Shown: positions 23,434 to 37,296 of the stretch, one piece after another
Layout: every line of letters begins with the position of its first letter
How positions within the stretch are numbered: position 1 is the stretch's first letter
Origin: Lophium mytilinum
Taxonomy: Eukaryota
Assembly (NCBI GenBank): GCA_010093605.1
Contig: MU004184.1
Span: 2,118,801-2,182,800, forward strand
Reading direction: 5' to 3'
DNA length: 64,000 nt
Translations under genes and position numbers: made by a program
Notes under the pieces: model-generated
Database searches by the model: none
What the model was told of the DNA's origin: nothing
What the model saw: the letters and a program-made list of their open reading frames with translations, nothing else

Positions 23434-25396
23434 TGGGCCTGCAGACAACAGTGGGAGTTTTGGGAGATAGATTTCTACAAGGAAGAGGAGAACAAAAGGT
23501 TGAATTGGGGTCGAACAATACAATTATCGAGAGCTAGCACGTGAAGGAGCGCCTGAGAGCTCTTGAGATCAGAGCCGGGTTCTCGATCACACGCATGCTC
23601 TAGCAACCAGTCGGTATAGCAAGATGCACGCTAGAAGTACAGAAACACCCGCACAAGAGCTCCAGCTAAAGGTGACGACTGTGGCGGGGCTACTCGGTAG
23701 CTTTGCTCGACGCGTGCGAGAGTCATGGTGATTGACAGAGAAACGCAGTACACACTAGCGCTGGCTGGTGGAGCTGTGATCTCGGACGAGTGGTGGTCAC
23801 TCAACATTGCTGGCCGTTGGAAGCTTTGCTAGCCGTGCTCGGGCATGAACTGCAGCCAGCACAACAGTGGCGCGCTGTGCATCGTAGCCAGTTCGCGTTG
23901 CCGCCCGTACGCTGGTGAGCCGAAGCCAATGATGGAAGCTGGAGATATCTAGTAGCTCTGGAGGGTGGAATCATCGCCACCGATTCAGTTGCATGCAGGA
24001 GCATCAATAGCTCTGTGGAGCTGCAGCTCGGGTCAATGAGGGCGGATAGAACGGAGGAGGAGGTGAGGTTTTCTGCCAAGTGTGGAGTATACCTAGGGGG
24101 CCGGCCCGCCTACCGACGATCCACTCCTCATCCTCCGGCGCCACCATCGTACTATAGGTCTCCTACTCGCTGGAAGGGCATATGCACTCGCTTCTTCTAT
24201 CTCCATCTGTCCCCAATTGGCCGTGAAAGCCCAAAAAGCAACCCCTGTCCCACTCCTGCGTCTGCTCTTCCCCCAATGCGGATACCCGACATCCTAGCCC
24301 TCGGCACTCATCTACGAACTGTCTGTCCCAGGAGCCCTCCCTTCCTGCAGCTCCCGGAGACGATGCTCCACAAAGCTGGCAAGAGGCGGCACGGTGGTCT
24401 TGTGATATCCATCGGGATTCTCCACGCCGTGCAAGGTTCCCAGCGAACCGCTCTCGTGTGGCATGGGCGGGTGCATCCCAGCCTCTTCACCAAGATCGAG
24501 CCCCGCGGAATCGATCAGCGCTAGCTCCTGCTTCGCGGTGTCCTCAGCCAGATCATCACTGCCCCAGTGCGCCCCTGCCATCGGTAAACAATGCGAGCTG
24601 GCCATTCGGAGCGAAGCTGAGAATGGCGGTCAGGCCCCTCCTCCCCAAGATCAACTGTCGCAGATCGTGACTCGTGAGGTTTGCTATCCATTCTGCCATT
24701 TTGACTTGAGAGCATGTATGGAGCTCTCTCCGTCCTCCACATTTTGGGGATATGCGCACCCAATGCATGAAGAGCTGGCCAATCTCCACGGTGGATGACT
24801 CTGGCGGCCGCCTGGTTACGCTCCGACGCATATAATTGAAGCTTGCATCCGAAGCTGAGCTGTGTGTAGAGCTAGTGTGAGGGATGGACTATCACAAACA
24901 TGCAGATACTTCGTGCAGCTAGTGCTGCAGAGCTTCACAGGACTTGTGCCTGTGTAGCAAATCCCAGGTCACTAATTCGCTAGAGAACATGCAGCTCCGC
25001 GTATCAGCCAGCCACATTCCAAGGATCCATTTCATTTCCTGTCTCACCACCATTCGTTTTACTACTCTTTAGTACAGTTGCACGATCAATAGGCCAACAA
25101 CTTCGTCTCGGTCGATGATCTGCATATCAATACGTAGGCGGGCTGGAAATTGACTCCACCTCGTGGACCCACCAGGGTCGATGTCTCCACTCTCGATCCC
25201 ATTTTGTCGGCAATTCAAAGCGTGCGACGGTATTGGTTGGTGCTTTTTGCTTTCATATGCGACCAGAATTGCATGTTTTTCTAGCTACCTATCTCCTCTT
25301 CTCCTCCTTGAACCCCCGTAAATCCGCAAAGTCACCTCAAACGGCGGTGCCTGTTTCTTTCTATCATATTTCTATACTGTCAATTGACCATCAATC

Positions 25397-28300
25397 ATGC
25401 TACGAAGGTTCTCAAGCACGTTTCGCAAAGACAAGAAGAAAGAGAATGGCTATGTCAATGGCGAGACGAACGGTAATGGCGCCTCTGAGAAAACCTCGCG
25501 CCGGCAAAGTCAACTACTGAAATCAGAGCAACCCGATCATTCCGCGAAGCGGGAGGAGGTCAGCGGGACCTTTGAGGAGTATGCGCAGGTTCTCCACGCA
25601 GCGCAGAGGCCTTTGCCTAGCCAGACAGGAGATGGCTCATACCTCAACAAGGACGAGCCAAGCGGCCTTTTGGCCGACATCAAGAACTTGGGTTTCAAGG
25701 ACCTCAAAACTGTCAAGGAGCTTTTGGAATCCAAAGCGAAAGGGGAGCTCGTTGATGACAAAACATACATCATGGAGCGCGTAATTCAGGTAGATTGTGG
25801 AATCTTCTCTGTTGAGACTACACTAATATATTACAGCTAGTTGCTGGCCTACCCACTCTATCTAAGAACAGAGTGGAGCTGGTAAGCACTTCCTATGGAG
25901 CTACAAGGAAGGAAATGCTGACCTTTGCAAGACGAATGCTTTTGTTGACGAGCTATGGAATTCCTTGCAACATCCGCCACTATCGTGAGACGATTTAGAA
26001 GTCCTTTGTCTAGTTTTTATACTGATTGGAATTAGATATCTGGGCGATAAGTTCGCTTACCGTCAAGCTGATGGGTCCAACAACGTGAGTTGCACCGCGC
26101 ACGTGACGTCCGTGGCCATAGCTTACGTATTTAGAATATAATGTACCCCCATCTTGGTGCCGGTAAGTTATCATTCATGTCTTAAACCTATCTGTCACTC
26201 TAAGCGTGAGAAAAACGGCATGCTTTTAAGCACGCTGTCTCATGTGTACACCTGTGTGCCACTGTTTGGAGCGCTTCAACAAGATTTCCAAATAGCCCAA
26301 GGTGAAGTGCCTTCACCACGCTTCAACTACTAAAAAGATTTTGGAGAACGCCAAGTAGTGGTATACGCGCGTACATATCTAACGCTGCTTGTCAAGAAAG
26401 AGGGCTATTTAATGCTAATACTTTTCAGCAAATACACCTTACGCTCGTAGTGTCCTACCAAAAACAATATCCCCGGGAGCTCTCCCAGATCCTGGTCTGA
26501 TCTTTGACGCCGTTTTTGCCCGCCACGACTTCACCGAACATCCGAACAAAGTTTCAAGCGTTTTGTTCTACTGGGCCTCGTTGATCATTCACGATCTGTT
26601 CCAGACCGATCACAGTGACATGAACAATTCACAGACGTCATCTTATCTAGATCTGTCTCCTCTCTACGGCGATACGCAAGAAGACCAGGACCAAATCCGG
26701 ACGTTCAAAGACGGTAAGCTGAAGGCTGACTGCTTCTCCGAGCAGCGTATGCTTGGCTTTCCACCAGGATGCGGCGTCCTACTAATTATGTTTAATCGAT
26801 TCCACAACTACGTCGTCGACCAGCTCGCAGCAATCAATGAAAACGGGCGTTTCAGCAAACCCAGGGACGGACTTCCAAAAGAAATGGCGGACAAAGCTTG
26901 GGCGAAGCATGACAACGACTTGTTTCAAACTGGTCGCTTGGTCACTTGTGGCTTGTACATCAATATCACTCTTCTGGACTGTGAGTAATACTCCATCAAG
27001 TAAATTTATAAGAGGAATTGTGACTAACGTGCATTAAGACCTCCGCACTATTGTCAACCTTAATCGCAGCAACACTACATGGACTCTCGACCCACGGGTT
27101 GATATGGAAAAGTCCTTTGGGAAGGATGGTACGCCTAGAGGAGTTGGTAACCAGGTCTCTGCCGAGTTCAACTTGGTGTACCGCTGGCATTCGGCGACCA
27201 GTAAGAAGGATGAAGCATGGACTGAGAACATGTATCGCGAGATGTTCGGCAAGCCCGCAGAGGAGGTTCCAATGCACGAATTGATGATCGGCCTTGGAAA
27301 GTGGAATGCTAGTCTAGATAAAGACCCACAGAAACGGCCCTTTGCAAAGCTTCAGCGAGGTGCCGATGGCAAGTATAGCGACGACGAGCTGGTTGAAATC
27401 CTTTCTGATAGCATTGAGGACTGTGCAGGGGTATTTCTACTGGAGTTTTTTCTTACATTATTGCATGCTAACATTTGATAGGCCTTTGGCGCCAACAATG
27501 TGCCCAAAGCTCTGCGAGCAGTCGAGATTCTGGGTATGATGCAGGCTCGAAAATGGGGGCTTGCTACTTTGAACGAATTCCGCAAGTTTTTCGGATTGAA
27601 GCCGCATGATACGTTTGAGAGCATCAACTCAGATCCTAAGGTTGCGGAGCAATTGCGCCACCTCTACGATCATCCAGACTATGTTGAGATGTGAGCTACA
27701 TTTACATGAAATGCCTCGCAATATCTTGCTTATCGATGTCTTAGGTATCCCGGTCTTGTTGCAGAAGAAGCAAAGGTACCGATGGTTCCTGGTGTTGGTA
27801 TTGCACCTACCTTCACTATTTCCAGAGCCATCCTCTCCGATGCTGTGGTCTTGGTTCGCGGTGATCGATTCTATACGATTGACTACCACGCGAAGAATCT
27901 GACGAAGTAAATACTCCAGTTCCTCTAATCTTATGATAGTTCTGACCAAATGTAGCTGGGGCTTCAATGAAGTCCAGTACGACCTGAACGTGGAGCAAGG
28001 ATGTGTATTCGTAGGTGAAGCCATCACCTGACGCATAGCAGTACTGATCTGACTACAGTATAAACTCTTCCTTCGCTCGTTCCCGGCCCATTTCAAGCCG
28101 GACAGCATCTATGCTCACTTCCCTATGACAGTTCCGTCAGAGAATCGCAAGATTATGAAGACCCTCGGCCGAGAGAGTCACTACTCCTATGATCGTCCCC
28201 AATTCATCCCACCACGTGTCAATCTCACGACGTACGTTGGCGCGAAGACTGTCCTTGACAACCAGAAAGTGTTCAAGGTTACGTGGGGAAAGACCACCGA

Positions 28301-29782
28301 AGAATTGATGGGCAAAGGCGGGGCTCATTTTATGCTGTAAGATCGTCTCTACTCCAGCACTGCGTATGGACGGTTATACTGACTTGTCTTGAAGTTCTGG
28401 AGACACTCCGCTTCACGCAAAACAACGACAGACCATGGCCAAGTCACTGTACCGAGAGAACTGGCATCGTGATATCAAGAACTTCTACGAGCATATCACA
28501 CTAAAGCTCCTGCATGAAAAATCATTCAAGATTGCTGGTATTAATCATGTTGATATCACAAGAGAGTAAGTGTAGCCCCAGAGCTTCCGATCAAAAAGTT
28601 CGAAAGAAGCTAAACTTCTGACAGCGTGGGCAACCTCGCCCACGTCCACTTCGCAGCAAATGTCTTCTCGCTACCCCTCAAGACGAAGGAGCACCCTCGT
28701 GGTGTGTTCACTGAACACGAGATGTACATGGCCGTCGCAGTCATCTTCATCTGCATCTTCTTCGACATGGACCCGGCTAAGAGTTTCCCTCTCCACATGG
28801 GTGCTCGAGCCGTCGCGAAAGCACTCGGCAAGCTTGTTGAGGCCAACGTCAAAGCCGTCAGCTTAACCGGCTGGATCGCTGGAATCGTCGATGGCATCGC
28901 CCAGAACGAGTCATATCTGACCGACTACGGTGTGCACATGGTCCGACGCCTTCTCGAGTCTGGAATGGGCGCAGAAGAGGTGGCGTGGTCACAGATTCTG
29001 CCGGTTGCATGTGCTATGGTGCCGAACCAGGCTCAGGTGGTAAGGAGTTTTCATGACCTTGTTGTTAACCAGAGTGATGCTCACGACGGACACAGTTCAC
29101 CCAAGCACTCGACTTCTACCTTTCTCCCCGTGGCTCCAAGTATCTCCCCGAAATCAACCGCCTCGCCAAACTCGACACCCCCGAAGCCGACGACGCCATC
29201 TTGCACTACTGCATGGAAGGCATCCGGCTGAACGGCACATTTGGCTCCTACCGCGAAGCCGCCGCGGCGTGCACTGTCGACGATGGCGGCCGCGAGGTCA
29301 CCGTCAAGGCTGGTGATAAAGTCTTTGTGTCCTTCGTCGGCGCTGCGAAAGACCCTGTCATGTTTCCGGATCCAGAGGAAGTCAAGGTGGACCGCCCAAT
29401 GGAGAACTATATCCATTATGGGGTAGGTCCGCATACTTGTCTGGGGAAGGATGCGAGTCGGGTGGCGCTGACGGCCATGTTGAAGACGGTGGGGAAGCTG
29501 GATGGATTGAGGAGGGCTCCGGGACCGAAGGGAGAGTTGAAGAAGATCCCGAGGTAAGTTTGCTATTCAGACGACTTGGATTAGAGGCGTACTGACTGTT
29601 GATAGACCTGGCGGGTTTTACGTCTACATGAAAGAAGACCATGGCTCTTACTTCCCTTTCCCACTCAGTAAGTCGAGCCATCTCCATACCTATAGCGTAG
29701 GTGCTAACGTACCATAGCTATGCAAGTCAACTGGGACGGCGCATTGCCCCCTATTCCACCTATGCAGAAGGGTGCGAAGTAG
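25397..29782 (+). CDS. Fatty-acid heme dioxygenase-cytochrome P450 fusion (PpoC-like / 10R-DOX type), about 16 exons
   Basis: N-terminus MLRRFSSTFRK. Dioxygenase motifs LQHPPLS, YRQADGSNN, IIHDLFQT, SYLDLSPLYG, DYLRTIVNL, EFNLVYRWH. P450 half has NQAQ, EGIRL and HYGVGPHTCLG. Many short GT-AG introns. Confidence 0.93.
26205..26410. mobile_element. MITE-like palindromic element in the 266-nt ppo intron (26163-26428)
   Basis: Left arm ATGTGTACACCTGTGTGCCACTGTTTGGAGCGCTTCAA is an imperfect inverted repeat of right arm TTGGAGAACGCCAAGTAGTGGTATACGCGCGTACATAT. Colinear with 53520-53720. Confidence 0.75.
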
Positions 29783-30253
29783 ACGCAAGAGCTATAGAGG
29801 GGCTTAGAAAGGATAAGATATACCCAGCAATGTGTCGCTCGCTATGTAACCTATTAGTCTGGTTAATTGTAGATTGATATCGGTCTGATAGGTACCTTTA
29901 TGTAGTAATGTCATTTTGTGGTGCAGATGTCTGGTATTTGAAGATGACGTGGCTACCGTTTCGTTTCAGTGTAACTTGGAACATGTTTTCGGGAGTGCGC
30001 AATGTGGATGATATGTGTACTCTTTTGACGCTGTGTGGCTCCTCACGCAGCTGTAAATGAGTGTACGGATGTCTATAGCGAGACGTGGTGCAAGGGTAGA
30101 ATTAACGAAGAAGGCTGTATAAGCTAATGCAGATAGCTAAAGCTAAACGATTAGGGTGAAAACATACTTCCGGATCATGCTGCTAAATGTTTGCCATGTT
30201 TTCGTCAGTGCACGTCTGACTCTGACCAAGATGAGTGCATAACAAGGTACTCC

Positions 30254-31289
30254 TCATTTCTTCATAATGTCCTCGTCACCAATCCTCTTCATAAAACGCA
30301 CCTCTCGCTTCTTGATCAGCCACAAGCCTGAGGCTCCCGGCATTCCGGGCGCTTCTCCCTCACAGCAGATCAGCTCATCCATGTACTTCCCGTAAGCAGT
30401 GATGGCCTGGCCTTCGAAGTCCCCGTGCCCAAAATGTGAGCCAGTGAAGTACGTTTCTGCCGAGGCACTCTTGCCGTCGTCGTTGAATCTGATGATTTGG
30501 GTCGTGAGGGCGTGCTGTGTGACTACTGTGCCAAGTCTGCGTTGTTCAGGTCAGCCATCCGTATCAACTAATGTGAAGGTTACAATCCTCGTGTTTACAC
30601 CTAGCTGCCACTACTAGGAGGAGTGCTTCAACGAGTTTTCACGTAGTACAATGTGAGGAGTTCTCGATTTTCGAAAATGCATTGAAGCACCCCAAGAAGT
30701 GGCATACCCACGACAGCTCGTTCTAAGAATTGTGTCGCTTTGCATTACGAATTAAATGACGCAACCCCATCCACCGCCTTTTGCAGTCGCTGAGGTGTAT
30801 AAGTCGTAAAGCTTCATAAGCCGGGTCTAGCAGATCCGGAACGGAGCTACTCCGGTGACGTTATCAAATCGAGTCGATCTATCGCTTGCTCCCTAGGATC
30901 TTGAAGTCCTGGGAAACATCGGCGGGAGATTTTCCTACAATGTAGGTAGATCTACCTCGAGCATCGGCGCTTGACATAGATTCTTACAGTACCTGGTACA
31001 TGCATCCCTGACCAAGCTGCATGTCGAGACAGAATCATCCTTGTACGTGTTGAAGCGTGCATGGAGGTCAGATAAAAGTGAAATAGATGCCTTACCTCGC
31101 ACGGATCTTATTCTGGACGGCCTCAACGCCCTTCATTTGGCCGCCGGGAAATGGATAGACGGCGTCCACATCTGTTGTGAATACCTCAGTTAAACGCTCG
31201 AAGTCTTTGGTGTCGAGTGCCACGCAATACTGTGCTATCACGTTTTGGATGGCGAAGTGATCTCGAGGGTTGACTAATTGTCGGGACAT
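30254..31289 (-). CDS. SnoaL-like / NTF2-fold protein, 2 exons with a 559-nt intron
   Basis: Exon 1 31289-31096 (IQNVIAQYCVALDTKDFERLTEVFTTDV). Exon 2 30536-30254 (TQHALTTQII...AETYFTGSHFG...AYGKYMDEL...WLIKKREV). GTAAG donor, CTGAC...CAG acceptor, frame maintained. Confidence 0.85.
30588..30712. mobile_element. MITE-like element in the SnoaL intron
   Basis: GTGTTTACACCTAGCTGCCACTAC..GTGCTTCAACGAGTTTTCAC...GAAAATGCATTGAAGCACCCCAAGAAGTGGCATAC. Strongly similar to 53552-53685. Confidence 0.75.
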
Positions 31290-33001
31290 GATCTTAACGG
31301 GGGGGCTGGTTTGAATCTAAGCGACCTTCAACAGATTGATTGATGCTGCGAGGATATGAAATGAGAGTCTAGAATTAGGAAGAAGATGACCGGTTGTAGG
31401 TAGCGTCATGTGACCAAAGCATTACCCCGCGAATCAGGTGGGAAGATGAGGTCGGAGAACCAACCTACATTGCCTAGAATATGTAGGATTCTATCGACTC
31501 TCCTGCCCCTGACACCCTGTATCGCTGCTGCTATCGACAAGGGTCAGTTCCGATCTGCCCCTGGATGTGCAGCTTTGTTATTCTAGTTCTTCTAGAACGG
31601 GGCTCTGCATCGACCAGCTCCGTCCCAAAGCTTCAGCTCGTGCTGGACGAGGTTTCCTGCACGTCGAATTTGCACTTCGCTGCACTGCTTCTTCCGGGCC
31701 AGTCGTCTCATCGCGGCATCCCGTCCGTCCCGAGTACACTCTGAACTGCCTGTCTTGGCCGCTTGGGGGGGTGCAAGATCTTTGTGCGCTGACAGTATCA
31801 CGCAGCATCCTTCATCGGCCCTCCAGCATCCCTTCGTCGTCCAGCCTAGCCGTCAAGGAGGTCGCCGCCGGTTCAATATAGCGCTGGCATTGCATTTAGT
31901 CGGTGGCACGCTTGTCGACCTGGTGGCCGGATCCTGCGACAGCTGCGGAGGCAATGGGGGCAACTGGAGTATCACGAAAACGCCTTTCGGGTTATCAATG
32001 CACTCCGCCTCCTTGCTTATTCAGTCGGGTGCGTGCCTAACCTTCCTGTCAATGTTTCCGCCATCACGGCTCCCAATCACCATGTCTAAAGTTATGAATG
32101 TCTTCTGCTCCGATTGTCCTGCCAAGGGCTTCACCCTATAGGGATTCCGAGGTAAGAACTCCGGGGCTGCAGGACCCCCATCTTCCGCTGCGGGTGGCGC
32201 TCGTTTGAATCACGGTAGCATCCCCAACGTTTGGTGCTTTCCTTGTGCGGCAACGGCTGCAGCGGTTGAGGCTTGCCAGCTCTCCAAGACCAAGGATCTT
32301 CTAAAGATCTCACTCTGAGACTCGCTGTTTTCTCCGGAGTGGCGTAGAGCACATACGTGTAGACCCCGGGGTCCCCGCACGCTGGCTGAGATCCCAAAAC
32401 TAGTCTCAACTGCATGGCGAGCACAAGATAGATGTCACCGGGAGCCTGATAGGTTTCGTTGGGCGGCCAAAGTTGCTTCCATCAGCCTTCCACTCTACTC
32501 GAAGAAGCCGTGCTATCCGCGCGAATTTGAATCCAAGACAACGCAAGCCACCCGTTACTGTGTCCCTCCCTTTTTAGGAGCGGCGGGGCGCCATTGTACG
32601 CAGCCTCCTCCCAACGTTGAGTCCAATGAGTCCCCGGAGTACGAGGGGCGGCCGTCTGTGCAAGCAGATGTCGCGGCCCCATGTCAAGGGCTCGCATCGC
32701 GAGATTTGATAGGCAGTCACTGTTTGCTTCCTGTCCAGCATGCGGCCGAGGCGAAGGAAGGCAGAGTTCGGACCATGATCACCGGCTCCTTGCTGCCAGC
32801 AAGGCTAGGGATCCCCTTGTGTCGCACAGGTATGCAGATAATCTCAGTGACCAGGTGGCCACGTTTCTTCGGCACCGTGCGCGGATATAAATGCAGGTAA
32901 CCCAGGCAAGTATGCACGGGACAAACTTCACTATCCCTTCACGTCCATAGCCCTCACTCTTCTTCCATTCTCTACTCTCTTTCTCTGCACACCTCGAAGA
33001 T

Positions 33002-34927
33002 ATGGAGCCTCCGTCATCAACTGAGCTGCATAACGTTGACCTGTCTAACCATTCCAAGATGAAAGCTCCCACGGTCGACGCCCCTTCGTCATGCTCAGGT
33101 TCTGTATCCGAGTTTGACGGGAAAGCAACTAAGCGGTTATTGAGAAAGATTGACATGATTTTGATGCCTTTTCTCTCCCTTTTATACCTGTATTCTCCTC
33201 CCTTTCTCCAACTCGATCTCTCTCAACTTGCTAACATCTCTATAGTCTGAGTTTTCTGGACCGATCGAATATCGGCAATGCTCGGCTAGCAGGTCTTGAA
33301 GCCGATCTGAAGATGGGAGGGCTACAGTACAACGTAAAGTACCACGATGCCCTGTGATCCGCTTCTCAGAGATCTAATCTAAGAACAGGACGCTCTCGCC
33401 ATCTTCTTCCCGTTCTACGTGGCTGCAGAAATTCCGTCCAATTTGATGATGAAACGAACCCGGCCACGGATCTGGATTCCCACCATCATGGTCGCTTGGG
33501 GGACTATGTGTATCCTCATGGGCGCAGTCAAGAACTATGCCGGCCTCATGTGCATCCGCGCAGCTCTCGGCCTTGCAGAAGGAGGGCTGTTTCCTGGTGT
33601 CACGTTCTAGTAGGTCATCCGCTTCCGTATCGCCAATCTCCCGACTAAGACGTTTCATGTAGCATTACCATGTGGTATCGGCGTCACGAATGTGGCTTGA
33701 GGATGGCGATTTTCTTCTCAGCTGCTACTGCTGCCGGCGCCTTTGGCGGACTGCTAGCCCGTGGCATCGTGGAGCTCGACGGAGCCCGTGGCATCAGTGG
33801 CTGGGCCTGGATCTTCATCATCGAGGGAGCTGTCACTCTCGCCGTCGGTAAGTGTAGCCGGCGTCGTGTCGCGGTTTGTCTGATAGGTAGTACAACACGA
33901 ACTGACGCAGACTGGTCATACAGCCCTTTCGGCCTTCTTCCTCATGCACGATTACCCGGACACAGCCAAGTTTCTGACGGAAAAGGAAAAGTACGAAGTA
34001 CGAAGACGCCTCGAGGCTGACCGCTCGCACCTGGCCGAGGAGTTTGACATGCAGTTTTTCTGGGATGCGGTCCGCGACTGGAAGATCTGGGCGCACATGT
34101 TCATTACGATTGGTATCTTCACCCCGCTGTACTCGTTCTCGCTCTTCCTGCCTACGATTGTCAAGACTCTGGGTTACACCAGCAATACGGCGCAGCTGAT
34201 GACGGTCCCACCTTACGTGCTCGCATGCTTCTTCTGCATCTCGGGCGGCTACATCGCGGACCGGCACGGCCAGCGTGGAATCTATATGATTGGATTCAAC
34301 CTGCTAGCGTAAGTGGTGATCTGTGTCTCATGTGCTTATACCTTATTCAAACGTCAGCCACAAGCCTTGTACGCTGTCCAGCTACGCTCGCCCTTCTTGG
34401 GTCTTTACTACATTCCATTTTGCATCTTTTCTTTTTTTGCTCATCTGATTCGCCCCTTTCCTCCTTCCCCTTCCTTGCTGACTCCCTCCAGCATCCTCGG
34501 CTTCGTTCTGTTACTCGCCTCCACTAATCCACACGTCAAATACGGCGGCACCTTCCTCGCCGCCGCCGGCATCTACCCCAACGTGCCGCAATGCGTCGCG
34601 TGGAACGGCAACAACATCGGTGGCGCACTCAAGCGCTCCGTCGGCATCGCCATGCAAGTCGGCGCCGGCAATCTCGGCGGCGCCATCTCTGGCTACATGT
34701 ACTTGACGCGCGACTCGCCGCATTTCCGACAGGGCCACGGCACGCTGATTGGCATGCTAACTATGAGCACCGTCCTGTGCGCCTACATGAGGTGGTGGCT
34801 GAGCCGCGAGAACCTGAAGCGGGATGTCGCTGCCGGCGGGAGGAAGGTGGGAGATTACAGCCGTGAAGAGCTCGAGCGCGAACGGACGAGGGGCGATCAG
34901 GCGAGTTTCTTCCGTTATACGATGTAA
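33002..34927 (+). CDS. MFS transporter, anion:cation symporter (Dal5/Tna1-like) family, about 6 exons
   Basis: Motifs RLLRKID..LMPFLSLLYL, LDRSNIGNARLAGL, AEIPSNL, LGLAEGGLFPG, WYRRHECGLRMAIFFSAATAAGAFGGLLA, GWAWIFIIEG, NNIGGALKRSVGIA, ends FRYTM*. Confidence 0.93.
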
Positions 34928-36160
34928 GTGTGTGGGTTGCTTCGGCTGGGCTTTGGTGAGAGGGAGGGAGGGAGCGTAGCAATTGCCCGGGCCAGCATTT
35001 GTTTGACGAACGAGTTACGAACGACGAGCCGTGGGATAGGTACGAGAGCGACGAGCCGACACGCGTCGAGCACCGGAACACAGCGGCCAACGAACGGCCA
35101 GGCTGGTGGGGTCCCTCCCTTTCCCTTTCTTAAACAACGGACCAATGGATAGCAGGTATGGTTCTCGGGATGGATCGTGTGCTTTCAACTTCCCTATTTC
35201 CTTGACTTGATTTCCCCGAGTACTTGCTCATTGGTTAGGTAGATGGTTCCCTCTTCCCAGCGTAGATTTCCTTTCCTCCCATATTCCTACTAGCGTACCT
35301 AGACAATGATCAACCAACCAACTTCCTTACAATCTCAAGCTAACCCTCCTTTCTCATCCGATTCCAAATTTCTTTCCAGAAGCAGACTCCGGAGACCCCC
35401 TCGCACGCGCGCAAATCCCCCTCGGATCCGCTGAAAACACCCGCGCACGTGCCCGCCCTGTCGTTAGCCGTCCCGTGTTCGACGGTCGCCGAGCCTGGGG
35501 GACGCCACCGGGGGTCCTCGCACGGTCCCAGCATATGAGGCGCGATATGCATAAGATGTACGTGATATAGTTATTGGATGTGTGCATCCCGTAGCCGGAA
35601 CCGCTGGACGGGCGCCTGCGGTTTTTTTGTTTGCTAGTTGTACGAACGTGGGGGGATCAGCGCCGTTTTGGTAGATTGAGAGCTCTGTATTTGATGGGAG
35701 GGTTGATGAGGGATGGTTCCTGAGTTGAGAGAGCGGAGAGGCGTCGTCTGAGATTGGTTATAAGGGTGGACGCGTGTGCGTCTAGGTTTGTAGGTGCTGT
35801 TGCCGAGGTAAGAGTATAGGAGGAGGGAGGATTGGTAAGAGCGAGATGATCGGCTGTGGTAGGAGGCAGGAGAGATGGTGTAAGCTGAGTAGAAGTCTTC
35901 CGTCAATAGATCCTCGTTTTCTTTTAGGTAGAGACGAGCGGATTCTGTTGCGCATACCCCTTTTAGACCTTCCCTCTCTCTTCTGATGGCTGGTAGGTGT
36001 TTCTTCTCAAGATTTCGTGATTCAATATATTTGCTCCGAAGAGTAATAACACAGTTACGGTGTTAAGTTACACTGCACCCGATGGTTTTCTTTCCTTGCC
36101 CTATGTTTCCAAATTCCCGTCATTTGTCATATCTTCACGCATAGCACGACAGCTATGCAT

Positions 36161-36795
36161 CCTAGCACAATTCTGACAGCGGGACGTGATTTGCCTAGTC
36201 ATATAGTGTTTTTGGAGAAATGTCGGAGTGGTGATCTTGTTACATCGTTGCACTGGCGGTGGGTATGCGGGCCTGCGTACCTTTCATGTCTCCTCGGCTG
36301 CTTAGATTCTCCGAACGGAGAAACCTCCCGGCCATCGAATTCTCGAGCCTTCAGCCGTTTCTCGACGTTTCCGTAGTTAGCACAACAACCACGCGTCCTA
36401 GCACGAATCCGACACCAGGACGTGATTCGCCTGGTCGATTGGTATTTTTGAGGGAGTTTTGGTGTAGTATCTTCAACCCATCGTTGGGTTGGCGGTGGGT
36501 GTGCGGTGCTCCACACCTTTTGTGTCCCCTCGGCTGCCAAGACTTACCAGAAGGAGAAACTCCCCGGAGCCTGAAATCTCGAGCCTCCTGCCGCGTTTCC
36601 GCCTTTTCACGAATAGCGTAACAACCACACCTCGTAGCTCGGATCTGACACCGGGAGGGTGTTCGCTAGGTTCACTAGTATTTTTGAAGGAATATTGGAA
36701 TAGAAACTTCGATGCGTCGTTGAGGTGGAGGGGGGTCTACAGGACTCCACACCTTTTGTCTTTTCTCGGCTGCCAAGAGTTGCCGAATCGAGGTG
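36161..36795. repeat. Degenerate tandem repeat, 236-bp period, about 2.7 copies
   Basis: Units start at 36161, 36397 and 36633. Shared blocks CCTAGCAC/CGTAGCTC, GGACGTGATT, TATTTTTGA, TCGTTG..GGCGGTGGGT, CTCGGCTGC, GGAGAAAC, TCTCGAGCCT. Confidence 0.85.
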
Positions 36796-37296
36796 CGAGC
36801 GGTGCAGGCGGAGGCCGGAAGGGTGGAGATCTCACGTGGCTCCTATTGCTTCCACGCAAACATCGAACTCACTGGTATCGAGCAGCAGATTTCACCTCAC
36901 CAACATCTAGAAGCGCAGCCTAGCCAGGATGGCGGTATTGAACGCATCGGGCAGGACTTGAAGCCTTCGAGGCGTCTATGTCGGACTGCTTTCCCGCGGC
37001 CCTGTCCTCCGACAGTCGGGGTCGGTGAAGTGAAACTCCCTCTCCCAGGTCGAACGAGATTGTCAACGTCGGCGAACTTTAAGAATGAGTGAAGATGGAG
37101 TGAAGCTGAAGTACGGCACCTAGAAGGTACGATTCACTGCGGTTAAGGAAATAATTACCTGGAAACCGTGGAAACGTACTTCAGTCACCCATGGATCGAC
37201 TCTGATCACCACGACTTACCTACCTCACCACTACGACCACCCGCCACATAATCTAAGCACATCACACTGTTACATTAGAAACACCTACCATTTTCT

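Noticed and set aside
25397..34927. ppo + SnoaL + MFS as a secondary-metabolite cluster
   Set aside because: There is no backbone enzyme (PKS/NRPS/terpene synthase) or cluster transcription factor in the window. Adjacency alone is not evidence.
35380..35630. GC-rich, hairpin-prone segment ending in T7 as a possible RNase MRP/P or SRP RNA
   Set aside because: The conserved P4 3' strand and SRP helix-8 motifs were not found, there is no convincing A/B box, and short hairpins are expected at this GC content.
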